DNA of 64,000 nucleotides. Source: a virus (Duplodnaviria; Caudoviricetes). The notes under the pieces were generated by a model. The model made no database searches. It saw nothing but the letters and a program-made list of their open reading frames with translations, and had not been told where the DNA came from. Position numbers and translations under genes: made by a program. The stretch lies in IMG/VR virus record IMGVR_UViG_3300025601_000007. One strand, written 5' to 3'. Of this stretch, positions 19,254-28,652 are shown in pieces; position 1 is the stretch's first letter, and each line of letters begins with the position of its first letter.

Positions 19254-20101
19254 ACCAGTTTTCGTATTAACTCCTTAGCTCCTCCAGCTGACTGGAAGTG
19301 AAGAGTGTTAAAAACGACATTCTCTCCAGTAATTATGTTTTTAATCACGGGCATACCGTCAATCATTTTGAATTTTTTAACAAAAATCTTTCTACCTAAC
19401 CCTATGTCTTGTTCAACCATTTCGTACTCAACTCGCTCTTGGTTCTCTGCCGCGTTGATGTTGTGGTCAAAAGTGGAGCCTTCAAAAACGGATGTCATGC
19501 ATTCGACTTCGTTTTCTTGAGCATACAAATACAATAGAGTCATGTCGCAAATTCCGCCTGGCTGTTTATTTTTGATGTGATGTGCTTGCTTGCGTTTGAG
19601 ACGTTTTCGAGCAGATTTTTCTACATACTGAGCCTTCATAAACACCCAAAGCTTCTCTAACTCTGTAACCGTCATGTAGGACGTGTGCGCGGAGCAACTC
19701 CAGCGATATTCTGGCTGGTGAGTTGGCACGCTCATCCCTATTGAGTTGTGACGAATTCTGGCAGTAATATTCTCGTTTAGGTTTTTGAAAATCAAAACAT
19801 CTGAATCCAAATAAACTGCTGCTATGTGCCCTTTTTCTTTTAAAAGGTTCAGCATCATTTTCCACCTTACAATGCAAATGTGTTCAACCCAGGCTGAGTT
19901 GGTTGACATGTGCGTGTATGTGTCTGTGAATTCCTGAACTCCTTCTAAGTAATCTTCCGATTGGACCACTTCAATTCCTTCGTACTTAACTTTTTGGTCC
20001 GTAATCAAATAGACTGTGTCATGAAATTTCCTCGCTTGCTTCAAGACAGGCTCCAAATACCAGGCTGCTCCAAAATGGATAAAAACTATTGGTAGGTTCA
20101 T
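19250..20101 (-). CDS. GT-A glycosyltransferase
   Basis: CIVRW...YLDSDVL (DxD); GGICDMTLL. Confidence 0.65.
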   Translation of the reverse strand: MNLPIVFIHFGAAWYLEPVLKQARKFHDTVYLITDQKVKYEGIEVVQSEDYLEGVQEFTDTYTHMSTNSAWVEHICIVRWKMMLNLLKEKGHIAAVYLDSDVLIFKNLNENITARIRHNSIGMSVPTHQPEYRWSCSAHTSYMTVTELEKLWVFMKAQYVEKSARKRLKRKQAHHIKNKQPGGICDMTLLYLYAQENEVECMTSVFEGSTFDHNINAAENQERVEYEMVEQDIGLGRKIFVKKFKMIDGMPVIKNIITGENVVFNTLHFQSAGGAKELIRKLV

Positions 20102-20898
20102 AATGATAACTCTATTGATTTATGAAAATTCTCTGGGCTCAAGTAGTTGTCGTAAACATCTTTCATCGCAACACGCATGGTATTTATGTCGCTCAAAGAG
20201 AACTCTTCTAATACTTTTGAAATGGTCTTTATCTTTTTCTCTGGGATAGTAACCGAGATTAGGGCCCAATCAATGTCTTCGTGTAAAGGTGGTCTGTATC
20301 CATCTGCTATGATAACAGGTATTGTGCCCATAGCCATCGCCTCAAACATTCTAACCGAGCTTATCCCTGTTCCTCTCGGACAAAGAGCAAACTCACAGCT
20401 AGCCAATGCGTTTGTGTAATTTTTTGAGAACTCCTCTCCCAAGTTTACATCTAGACCCCAGTGGACTCCACTGTCAGTACATTGGTCAGGAAACAACTTT
20501 ACTATTCCCTTCCTAGTGTGATGGGTTGTGGTCGAACCTAGGAATCCAAACAGTTTCGTGCGACCGCAAGGCTGCTCAGAGACATTAACAGGGAAATGCG
20601 GAATAGATATTACATTATTGCTGTCAGTGGCATGTGGGCTACACATGACGCTGTTGTTGTCTACTTGCAGTTGATTCACAAGAATATGCTGACACACAAG
20701 TATTTTTTTCTCCTTCGGGTCCAAAGAGTCTATGACGCTCTGCGTTGCTGGGGCACCAATGTTATTTATCATGTGAGCCAATGGCAGCATGTGAAGAACC
20801 CAGTCATCACTAATAGTGGATTCCTTCAGCTTTTGAAACATTGTTTCTTCTGTCGGAATGTATGGGTCTTTGCCATAATTGTGTTCTACTACTTTCAT
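20098..20898 (-). CDS. Exostosin-family glycosyltransferase (GT47-like)
   Basis: FALCPRGTGISSVRMFEAMAMGTIPVIIAD..RPPL. Confidence 0.88.
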   Translation of the reverse strand: MKVVEHNYGKDPYIPTEETMFQKLKESTISDDWVLHMLPLAHMINNIGAPATQSVIDSLDPKEKKILVCQHILVNQLQVDNNSVMCSPHATDSNNVISIPHFPVNVSEQPCGRTKLFGFLGSTTTHHTRKGIVKLFPDQCTDSGVHWGLDVNLGEEFSKNYTNALASCEFALCPRGTGISSVRMFEAMAMGTIPVIIADGYRPPLHEDIDWALISVTIPEKKIKTISKVLEEFSLSDINTMRVAMKDVYDNYLSPENFHKSIELSL

Positions 20899-21496
20899 AG
20901 TTGAATAAATGTAATCTCTGTTCGTTTAGGGTTTGTTTTCAAAATGACGTAGTCATTTTCCTTCATCATCTCAATCATTTTTTCGGTATCTATTGAGATT
21001 TATCATCCAAACAAAAATGGTGAAACTCTACGCATATTTGCTTAATTCCTACACACTCTTGAAGACACTCATATTCAGAACCCTCTATATCCATTTTGAT
21101 GACGGAAATATTGCTATAACGTTCTCTAAGTTCTTTGAATGAAACACATTTAGCCGTATAAGTTTCTCCCCCAACGCTAGCGTGATTTGGAAGAGCGCTC
21201 TCACTAACCCAGTCGGGGTTTGTATTTTTATGCATCACTATCTCTTTCACTCCGTGTGGGGCCACAGCCTTTTCTAGTAGTTCGAAGTTTTTTGGATTTA
21301 ACTCATTAACATGATTAATGCTTTTTTCAGTTGGGTCCACTCCGACTATTTGTATTTTTCGATGTTCTTGGAGCTCTAAGGGGAAAGTAATGTCTTCTCC
21401 TAGGCCAGCATCGATTATAAAATCGCCGTCTTTAATGTGGTCTAAATCTACGGTCCAACCGCCGTAATCGGTTCCAAAGTGTCTTATATTAGGCAT
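20895..21496 (-). pseudogene. FkbM-family methyltransferase with a 1-nt frameshift near 20990
   Basis: FGTDYGGW, DAGLGEDITF, KMDIEGSEY, EFHH. TAG at 20992-20990, but the shifted frame continues DTEKMIEMMKENDY...FIQL to a TGA overlapping the next ATG. Confidence 0.75.
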
Positions 21497-22136
21497 ATGT
21501 TTTCATTTGTTGCTTTACATACTCAAACATCTCTGCTTTCTTCTCTACTCCAACAGTGAAGTTTGCGTGATGCGCCATTATGTTTCTTGGTAGGATAAAG
21601 TTTTTTTCTCCATTCCAAACTTTCGCTCCGTTAACTGAGGCGATTGTAAAATATTTATCCTGGGGAAGCAATTTATACCGCACTCTACCCTTGTGGACGT
21701 TCATGGCTACTTGGTCGTTTGCAAAGTCAGGAGTAACCTTGTGGATGTGTTTTAAGAATTTCTTCATAACCTTTGTTCCTCTTCCGATGAAAAGTCCAGC
21801 GCATATTGTTCCGTTATCAGATTGAGCAACCATATCAGTCTTGTCATCTATATACGTCAGTATGTCATCGTGGAAATTATCAAAGAACTGAATGTCACAA
21901 TCGGCAAAAACAAATGGTTGGTCTGAATTTTCTTCTGCGGCCCGAATCAAAATATCGACTTTATCAACCATTGTGTCGTTGAAACCTTTTGTTCCGAAAT
22001 CTCCGTTTCCTTTTTGACCCACAACTGTAACGTCTAACTCAAAGTCTTTATCCAAACCCAATCGATTGAATGACTCCAGAAAATAATTTTCGTAGAGCTC
22101 TCTGTGGGACTCGCTATAGAATGTGTAGATTTTCAT
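21489..22136 (-). CDS. Nucleotide-diphospho-sugar transferase (GT77-like)
   Basis: FVFADCDI (DxD), ICAGLF, NDQVAMN, HHANFTVG..KK. Confidence 0.75.
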   Translation of the reverse strand: MKIYTFYSESHRELYENYFLESFNRLGLDKDFELDVTVVGQKGNGDFGTKGFNDTMVDKVDILIRAAEENSDQPFVFADCDIQFFDNFHDDILTYIDDKTDMVAQSDNGTICAGLFIGRGTKVMKKFLKHIHKVTPDFANDQVAMNVHKGRVRYKLLPQDKYFTIASVNGAKVWNGEKNFILPRNIMAHHANFTVGVEKKAEMFEYVKQQMKTYA

Positions 22137-22579
22137 CTGAGCTGTCTTTTTATGTTTGATTTAAAATCTTCCGAAACGGTTTTAAGCTCACTTCTCATTA
22201 AGTCTAGCTCAGACGAGTTTGGGTCTCGCTTGATTAATTCGATATTGACGATGTCGTGTTTGCTTATTCTGTTTCTGCATATCATTCTAATTCCAATCAC
22301 GGGAATAAAAAATCTAGCGTTTGGGTCCGCTATGGTGTCGACGATTAAATCCATCATAGTATCTGGGAAAACAGGCATAATTTCTAAGTTGTACTCTTTG
22401 CTTTTCAGCCTTACCGCTGTTTCTAAAATGCTATGATTAATTTGGTCGAACCGTCTTAGCTGTACATAATCGAACTCCCCTGAGTTGTTTTTTACTCCTT
22501 TAATCCAAACTTGGAAATCTGCAAATGTCTTTACAGATTTCAACCGAGTTAGATTTACGATTGAATTACTTACTTTCAT
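22133..22579 (-). CDS. Hypothetical protein
   Basis: 148-aa ORF inside the coupled operon. Confidence 0.6.
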   Translation of the reverse strand: MKVSNSIVNLTRLKSVKTFADFQVWIKGVKNNSGEFDYVQLRRFDQINHSILETAVRLKSKEYNLEIMPVFPDTMMDLIVDTIADPNARFFIPVIGIRMICRNRISKHDIVNIELIKRDPNSSELDLMRSELKTVSEDFKSNIKRQLR

Positions 22580-22581
22580 TA

Positions 22582-23274
22582 TTATGTTTGTTTTAGAGCG
22601 AACCTTTTATTCTTTCTATCTTCAAAAGTTGTCTTATCAACATGAATAGGACCTTCGTTTTTCTGGTAAAGACCGTCCATTTTCCCAAATCCCCACGCCC
22701 AATGCTGGTGCTCAATAATGACCATTGGTGAGTAGTGAACTTTATTTAGAGCCCTGGATACTTCCATGAATTCGTTATCACAATAAAGCGATACGTAAGA
22801 TGGGTGGTATATGTACCCGAACCTATTATAGTATTTTTTTCCGAGTATGCAAAGTGTGTTCAGTTTATCTCCCTGGTGTCCGTCGTTAAAATGGAGCACG
22901 CCATCAAAGTCTGGGAAATGTTTTTTGAAACCTTTTCGAATATGCATGTCATATCCTTGAATCTTTGGCATCATATCATCCGACACCAGCACCACGATAT
23001 TCCAAGGTTCTTCGTGCTCTTGGATGTCTCTGTTGCAAGCGAATATTTTCCCTTTGGATTCTCCCACAACTGCGTTTAGATTCTTGTACTCCGATAATCT
23101 CTCTAACACCTCAGGGGTGTTTAATATTTCATCGTCGTGGTCAATCGAAATAAGGAATGTGAAATTTTTTTTGTCCACCATTAGACCGTAGTACTGGTCG
23201 AGTTTCTCGAAAAGTTTGCCTTTGCGCTCTCGCGCAGGAAACTTAAATAAGATATGTGCGTCTTTCCAACTCAT
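22582..23274 (-). CDS. GT2-like glycosyltransferase
   Basis: GKIFACN, VLVSDDM, YHPSYVSLYCDNE, IIEHQH. Confidence 0.8.
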   Translation of the reverse strand: MSWKDAHILFKFPARERKGKLFEKLDQYYGLMVDKKNFTFLISIDHDDEILNTPEVLERLSEYKNLNAVVGESKGKIFACNRDIQEHEEPWNIVVLVSDDMMPKIQGYDMHIRKGFKKHFPDFDGVLHFNDGHQGDKLNTLCILGKKYYNRFGYIYHPSYVSLYCDNEFMEVSRALNKVHYSPMVIIEHQHWAWGFGKMDGLYQKNEGPIHVDKTTFEDRKNKRFALKQT

Positions 23275-24083
23275 TCTACAGCTGCGTCTTTTTTACCTGT
23301 GAGCAATCGAAGTATGCCTATATCTTTATGAATCTCTTCCGTTTTTGAAATATCGAAAAAATGAAGCTTGTGACGTTCTCCTTTCATTAGCTGAATATTA
23401 GTGAGCATTTTTGTGAGAAAGGAAGTTTTTTCGTTTTGGTCTGGCTTCTGTGTGAACAAAACGCTTTTTTTTGGACACAGAGATTTATGTCGATGATAAT
23501 TGCCGAACATTTGAAACCCTTCCTGAAGGTCCTCTCGTGTTGTAAACGGAATTGCTTTGATTATTTTGGCGATTTCCTTTTTACGGTAGATACTTCCAGC
23601 GATGGAAAAAGGTTCATTGAAATCAACATAATGGACTGTCCAGTCATATTTAAGAAGCTTCCCCGACTTGCCTTCTGGCTTAAAAATGTTTTCAGCTCCT
23701 AAAGATGAGTTTTTCTTAATGTTCTCACCAAGTCTTGTGTGAATAGATAAGACCTCTTCATCTGAAAAAGTTTTGTCTAAGTCTGGAATAACAAAAGCGC
23801 GATAGAACACATCTTCTGTTGTGCAAAGACAAACATAGTCTTGGTCTGTTCGCTCGTTGATGTCTTTCAGAAAAGCATCTTTGTAACTGTCTACTTTTAC
23901 AAAGTCTAGTTTTTCGCTTTTGTATTCACGAAATATTAGCTCGTACATCAAGGAATAATCCGATGTAGAAGCTTTGTATATTATTGTAGTGGAGTAGTCT
24001 CCAATTACGTTCTCCTTTAAGCTCTGGAGAAAGAGGCGTGTATTAAACGCGGAGTCCTCTGAGAGGGCAATAAATTTCAACAT
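23271..24083 (-). CDS. Glycosyltransferase-like protein
   Basis: Weak GT-A-like pattern (CLCTTEDVFYR, PFSIAGSIYRK). Confidence 0.45.
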   Translation of the reverse strand: MLKFIALSEDSAFNTRLFLQSLKENVIGDYSTTIIYKASTSDYSLMYELIFREYKSEKLDFVKVDSYKDAFLKDINERTDQDYVCLCTTEDVFYRAFVIPDLDKTFSDEEVLSIHTRLGENIKKNSSLGAENIFKPEGKSGKLLKYDWTVHYVDFNEPFSIAGSIYRKKEIAKIIKAIPFTTREDLQEGFQMFGNYHRHKSLCPKKSVLFTQKPDQNEKTSFLTKMLTNIQLMKGERHKLHFFDISKTEEIHKDIGILRLLTGKKDAAVE

Positions 24084-24115
24084 TGTTTTCTGCTTGCCTG
24101 GCTGGCAATAAAAAC

Positions 24116-24436
24116 TTAGGAAATGTGCTCGTCGATTTTGTCACTTAACGCTTTTACTGTCTGCATGCCTATAAGAGAAGCTACGCTCTCTCCTTCTTTG
24201 ATTAAGAACATCTGAGGAATACTTCTAACTTTGTACTCTTTTGCGAGCTCAGAGTTTTCGTCCACATTAATTTTAACAATGCGAATGCTATCATATTTAT
24301 CAGCAACTTCATCAAGTACTGGACTAAGGGCTCTACAAGGCCCACACCAGTCTGCATAAAAATCTACAAGAACGAGGGTGTTTTCTTGGATTGTTTGTTT
24401 GAATTCTGCGGTATCTGCATTTGCTACTTCTGCCAT
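24116..24436 (-). CDS. trxA: Thioredoxin
   Basis: VDFYADWCGPC; VRSIP. Confidence 0.95.
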   Translation of the reverse strand: MAEVANADTAEFKQTIQENTLVLVDFYADWCGPCRALSPVLDEVADKYDSIRIVKINVDENSELAKEYKVRSIPQMFLIKEGESVASLIGMQTVKALSDKIDEHIS

Positions 24437-24656
24437 TTTGTTTGTGTTGTTGTAAGTGTTGTAATCGTAAATAAGATTATAATGCTAAAGTAACAAAATT
24501 CTTTTTCTATGCCTCAATCCGCGTCAACTAAAAAACCTCTATTCCACTTTTCCCAGCTATTTACTTACACAGCCAGAGTTTATATACCTCTAAGCTGGGT
24601 GGAAAGAGAAGCAAAATCAACTTTTTCTTAATATTTATTACAAAACACACACTTCG

Positions 24657-25040
24657 ATGTCTAAGAAATTAAGTCCGACGCTTGTACAGGAAGCTATCCT
24701 TGCAGAAGCAAAGGTAATCAAGAGAAAAAGAGAAATCTACACTCAGCTGCAAGCTTTGAATGAAGAGATTCAACAGCTCGATGAGCGTGGCATGGTAGGG
24801 ACCTTCGGTTTTGAAGGAAACCCTAACGACCGAGTTCATACTTCAAAAACTGGGTTCGTAAACGACTTCCAAAACATTTCACACGTTGCCAGGTTGGCAG
24901 CTGAGTTTGCTGAGGCTGACGCAATAGATGAGTCAACCCAAGAAGAGAATACAAGGCTAAGAGCTAAGCTTGATGAACTGCAGGCTCAGTTGGATGAATC
25001 CAACAAAGCAGTAAAAGCGGAGAAAGCAGAAAAAAACTAA
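24657..25040 (+). CDS. Hypothetical coiled-coil protein (possible head-associated)
   Basis: 127 aa; ATATTTAT at 24631-24638. Confidence 0.7.
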   Translation: MSKKLSPTLVQEAILAEAKVIKRKREIYTQLQALNEEIQQLDERGMVGTFGFEGNPNDRVHTSKTGFVNDFQNISHVARLAAEFAEADAIDESTQEENTRLRAKLDELQAQLDESNKAVKAEKAEKN

Positions 25041-25064
25041 GTAATCAATCCCGATAACACAATC

Positions 25065-25853
25065 ATGAAAAAAGTAATTGCAAAATTAACAAAAACAGAG
25101 CTTAATCAGTTGATTGCTGAAGAGTATGCAAACCTTAAGAAGGTAGTATCGCTTAAGGCAAAAAAGGAAGCTATCCAAAAAGAGATTAAGCAGCTAAAAG
25201 AGTCTTACGGGCTTAGTGAGGTTGAGGTTTCTGGTCACAAAGATAAAGGAGATGCCTATTTTATGAAAGGTCTTCCAGTTCAAAAATTCGAAAAGAAAGG
25301 GACTCACTTGAAAGAGATGGACCTTGACGATGAAGAGATGGACACAGAGATGGACACAGAGATGGGTGCAGAAATGGGTGAAGAAGAATGTGGAGAAATC
25401 GAAAGCATGCTTCGCGACCTCGGTAGAAAGCTTGACGCACTAGTTGACGGAAATGAAACACCTGTTGATGCAGGCATGGAAGACATGGAAGACATGGGTG
25501 GAGACGAAGAAGAGCTTGAAGTTGACATGGGTGGAGACGAAGAAGAGCTTGAAGTTGACGAGCAGTCACAAATACCAGTCGCAGGAGGCGATGATTCTTT
25601 TTCTGAGGAAGATATTGTTTCTGATGAAGATGACGAAGACACAATCGACGAACAAGACGGAGAAACTGTGGTTAACGCTGCAAAAGAAGACACCGTTAAT
25701 GATAACATGAGTAAAGTTGATAACAAGAACGCTGAGGCAGACAAACTCTACGAGGGAGCTGGTAAAGGCAGAGGTTCTAGACTTAATCCAAAAGGAAGTA
25801 GGGTTATCAACGAAGAGCTTCAAAGAATGCGAAAACTCGCAAATCTTATTTAA
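25065..25853 (+). CDS. Highly acidic protein, scaffold-like C-terminus
   Basis: D/E-rich; ends EELQRMRKLANLI, like the scaffold end EMKRMKKLAGI. Confidence 0.75.
   Translation: MKKVIAKLTKTELNQLIAEEYANLKKVVSLKAKKEAIQKEIKQLKESYGLSEVEVSGHKDKGDAYFMKGLPVQKFEKKGTHLKEMDLDDEEMDTEMDTEMGAEMGEEECGEIESMLRDLGRKLDALVDGNETPVDAGMEDMEDMGGDEEELEVDMGGDEEELEVDEQSQIPVAGGDDSFSEEDIVSDEDDEDTIDEQDGETVVNAAKEDTVNDNMSKVDNKNAEADKLYEGAGKGRGSRLNPKGSRVINEELQRMRKLANLI
25491..25559 (+). repeat. Exact 33-bp tandem duplication within a CDS
   Basis: GACATGGGTGGAGACGAAGAAGAGCTTGAAGTT x2 (DMGGDEEELEV x2). Confidence 0.95.
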
Positions 25854-25861
25854 TAATAACC

Positions 25862-26173
25862 ATGAAAAAACAGTTTCGGGATATACTGAGAGAGAGTCTA
25901 CAAGAGCAGGCTATTTCTGCTAATTTCGACTCTAAGATAAGCGAAATTGATATTCTTATAGACGCTCATGAGCGTGCGCTTGAAAAGGCTGATAAGGATA
26001 TGAATACTGAGGACCAACCTGCACACAGTGAGGCTTTAAATCGTAGAATCTCGGAACTCGAAAAGCTTATTCCTTTATACGCTAGGAAGGAGCAGTTGAT
26101 GATTCAGACGCTTGATGCAAGCAGGGGAGAGGCAATTGACGCAGTTGACTATGGAGCAGCAGCGGCAGGATAG
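25862..26173 (+). CDS. Hypothetical protein
   Basis: 103 aa, starts MKKQFRDILRE. Confidence 0.7.
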   Translation: MKKQFRDILRESLQEQAISANFDSKISEIDILIDAHERALEKADKDMNTEDQPAHSEALNRRISELEKLIPLYARKEQLMIQTLDASRGEAIDAVDYGAAAAG

Positions 26174-26192
26174 AACTCTCTTACATGGAAAC

Positions 26193-26227
26193 AAAAAAAA
26201 GGCAACCTTTACGGGTTGCCTTTTTTT
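26193..26227. terminator. Bidirectional intrinsic terminator
   Basis: A8-GGCAACC TTTACG GGTTGCC-T7. Confidence 0.9.
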
Positions 26228-26243
26228 GTTTGAACAAATTAAC

Positions 26244-26393
26244 TTAGGTCAACAGCTCTTTTCCATCATCAGTGATAATTTTTTCATCACTTCTTTCGAC
26301 GATGTCGTTGTTTCGTTTTACCTTTTTGGTTATCTTCTTTAGAGAACCAGACTCAATTTCTTCTGGATTTATAAGGTCTTTCTTGTCGCTCAT
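26244..26393 (-). CDS. 49-aa microprotein ending IITDDGKELLT
   Basis: Translated by hand; C-terminus matches the neighbouring ORF. Confidence 0.75.
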   Translation of the reverse strand: MSDKKDLINPEEIESGSLKKITKKVKRNNDIVERSDEKIITDDGKELLT

Positions 26394-26399
26394 GATTGT

Positions 26400-26612
26400 T
26401 TATGTTAATAGTTCTCTCCCGTCAAGGGTTTGAATTTTGTAATTTTTCTTCTCTTGTAACTCTGTTACGGAATGGGCCATTCCAAATGATTTCTCCTTCT
26501 GTTCCATCACTCTGTCTTCTTGACTCATTAATCCGTCATGAAGTGTTTTTGCCTTCTCAGCTTTTTCTGGTTGCTGTTGTCCAGCAAAACCATATGCACC
26601 TAAAATGTTCAT
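26400..26612 (-). CDS. 70-aa protein ending IQTLDGRELLT
   Basis: ORF track; CTATTTAC at 26633-26626 upstream. Confidence 0.75.
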   Translation of the reverse strand: MNILGAYGFAGQQQPEKAEKAKTLHDGLMSQEDRVMEQKEKSFGMAHSVTELQEKKNYKIQTLDGRELLT

Positions 26613-26697
26613 GTTGTGTTTTCATGTAAATAGGCTGATTTTCACAAACATTACCTTATACCCGTTAGTCTCTACTTCTGTGCTTGCTGGGGCGGAG

Positions 26698-28557
26698 TTA
26701 GCTTTTTAATTCAAGTTTATACCTCTTCATAACATCTATTAGAATACCTGAGCGAACGATTTCATCTTCTGTGAATTGTATAAAACCAATTTTTGGAAGG
26801 CCTTGAAACCTATTAAAAGCATCGTCTAATCCTGAGCGCTGACCATTTCTTAGATAAAGGTCTGTTTGGTCTGTGTCTCCGATAATTATAAGCTTTGAAC
26901 TTTCTCCTTTACGAGAAATCCAAAGCTTTAACCCAGCTACTGTTGTATTCTGCGCTTCATCAATTATTGCTACTGAATTTTCAAACGTTTCACCACGAAG
27001 ATATGCAAGAGGAACATATTTAACAACGTCATTCTGAATGAAGTCCTTTGTCTTTGTTGAGCCTACAAGTTTTTTAAAATTTCCCAAAAATGAGTCCATA
27101 TAGGGGTCTATTTTTGAGTCTATGTCTCCAGGTAAGAACCCTATTGATTCGCCAGCTTCTACAATTGGTTTTGTGAGTATAATCTGGCTATATTCGTTGT
27201 CAATTTTCAGTAATTCTAAAGCAGTTTTTAAACTAAGTAAGGTGTTGTGAGTAACATTATAATCTCTTGTCACATATAAATGTCTTGGGTGGTCTATGTG
27301 AATACAAACACACTCTTCTTCTCCTTGTTTTTCGACACCAGTAATATATTTTATTTTCATTCTTTTTTTATCAGAAAATAGTCCTGCTTTTCTTGATAAC
27401 TTAAAAGGGTTAAGCGTTTCAAATAAAACAGTGACAACATAGCATATCTTTCCTTGCTTTTTTTCTCCAAATTTATCTGTAAAAAAGGGTTTTTTAGTTC
27501 TAATTGAAGAAATACCACCAAGGCTTCTAATTAGCTCCATGACTTGACTAGCTAAAATTTGCGACGTGGTGTAATATTCAATAGAAGAGCCATTTTTAGG
27601 GATATGCCCATCTGTATCCATTAAACCCCTTAGTAACTCCACCCTATCTTCAACAGAAGAGTAGAGATATTTATCAGGAATTATTTTCTCATGAGATTTT
27701 TGACCCATTAAACCTAAATCCCTCATCTCAAAGAGGAGTAAATTATTCGCCTTATTTGACCTTGTCTTAGTTGTTATGTAATAATCATAATTATCTCCAG
27801 GTTTTTTACTTATCTTAACAGGGTGAGGGAGGCTTTGCTTAAACTCACAAATAATTTCTTCGTCCGCAGAGCTAAACGAGACAAAATGTTGGCTGTAGCA
27901 CCCGTCGCCTATTAAACAGCCCATTAGATAAGGGTTAATTATTAGTTCTTTATTTGCAAACTGTATAGGATTGCAGATGGGGATTGAGTGGTTTTTCCTG
28001 CCTCGGTTAGTCAGTAAGCTCTCTTTTATTTCAAAAGTAGTTTTTACTGCTCCTGACAGCGGCTCTCTTATTGCAACCCCATTCCTTTTTTTTCTATTAT
28101 TTCTATCAGCTTCTGTTTGTGTTTCCCATAAATGCTCACCACAGCATAGTGTATGCGTTCCATCAGAAAAAGACACCTTATAGACATCTTTTTCTCCTTG
28201 TGGATGAATAGAGTTGACATTTACAGGTGTTCCATCAACCGAAATTACTTTATCTCCAGGACGAATGCTTCCGATTTCCACAAAACCGCCAGGCGTTAAT
28301 ATAGGCTCAGTTAGTGGTTGCGCCTTACCTGTCCCAGCAGCTCCAGCAACAAATGTGATTTCATTTTCCATGATAGTTTTGCACAGAAGCTTTTGCTTAG
28401 CGTTTTTGTGCTTAATATCTTTGTTGATTTGAAAATGAGATATTGCATTAAGCCTATCCATCTGAGCTTCCTTATCTCTCTCTAAGCCCATTTTTTCCAA
28501 GTCGCTTTGTATCTCACGAGATGTTTTTTGGCGTTGTACTTTTCTGTTTTTATTCAT
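26698..28557 (-). CDS. phoH: PhoH-family ATPase containing an intein
   Basis: GAAGTGK/T Walker A split by the intein; LGFLPG-like IGFLPG, PLAYLRGETF, IIDEAQN, GDTDQTD. Confidence 0.93.
   Translation of the reverse strand: MNKNRKVQRQKTSREIQSDLEKMGLERDKEAQMDRLNAISHFQINKDIKHKNAKQKLLCKTIMENEITFVAGAAGTGKAQPLTEPILTPGGFVEIGSIRPGDKVISVDGTPVNVNSIHPQGEKDVYKVSFSDGTHTLCCGEHLWETQTEADRNNRKKRNGVAIREPLSGAVKTTFEIKESLLTNRGRKNHSIPICNPIQFANKELIINPYLMGCLIGDGCYSQHFVSFSSADEEIICEFKQSLPHPVKISKKPGDNYDYYITTKTRSNKANNLLLFEMRDLGLMGQKSHEKIIPDKYLYSSVEDRVELLRGLMDTDGHIPKNGSSIEYYTTSQILASQVMELIRSLGGISSIRTKKPFFTDKFGEKKQGKICYVVTVLFETLNPFKLSRKAGLFSDKKRMKIKYITGVEKQGEEECVCIHIDHPRHLYVTRDYNVTHNTLLSLKTALELLKIDNEYSQIILTKPIVEAGESIGFLPGDIDSKIDPYMDSFLGNFKKLVGSTKTKDFIQNDVVKYVPLAYLRGETFENSVAIIDEAQNTTVAGLKLWISRKGESSKLIIIGDTDQTDLYLRNGQRSGLDDAFNRFQGLPKIGFIQFTEDEIVRSGILIDVMKRYKLELKS
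27244..28323 (-). mobile_element. 360-aa intein with LAGLIDADG endonuclease, class-3-like (Ala1, WCT triplet)
   Basis: Starts AQPL, block B EHLW, block F ECVCI, ends VTHN before Thr; GCLIGDG and RGLMDTDG motifs. Confidence 0.9.
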
Positions 28558-28652
28558 TTAACATTATTATCAGGCATGTGTATCAAGAGTAATCAACCCT
28601 CTTCTCAATATCAATGGATTATTCCAAGCTATTTAGAAGAAACGTTTTATAG

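Noticed and set aside
25261-25744. Minus-strand Ser-rich and Leu/His-rich ORFs opposite the acidic gene
   Set aside because: Antisense artefacts of GAA/GAT-rich coding sequence; the same applies to most short ORFs nested in longer genes.
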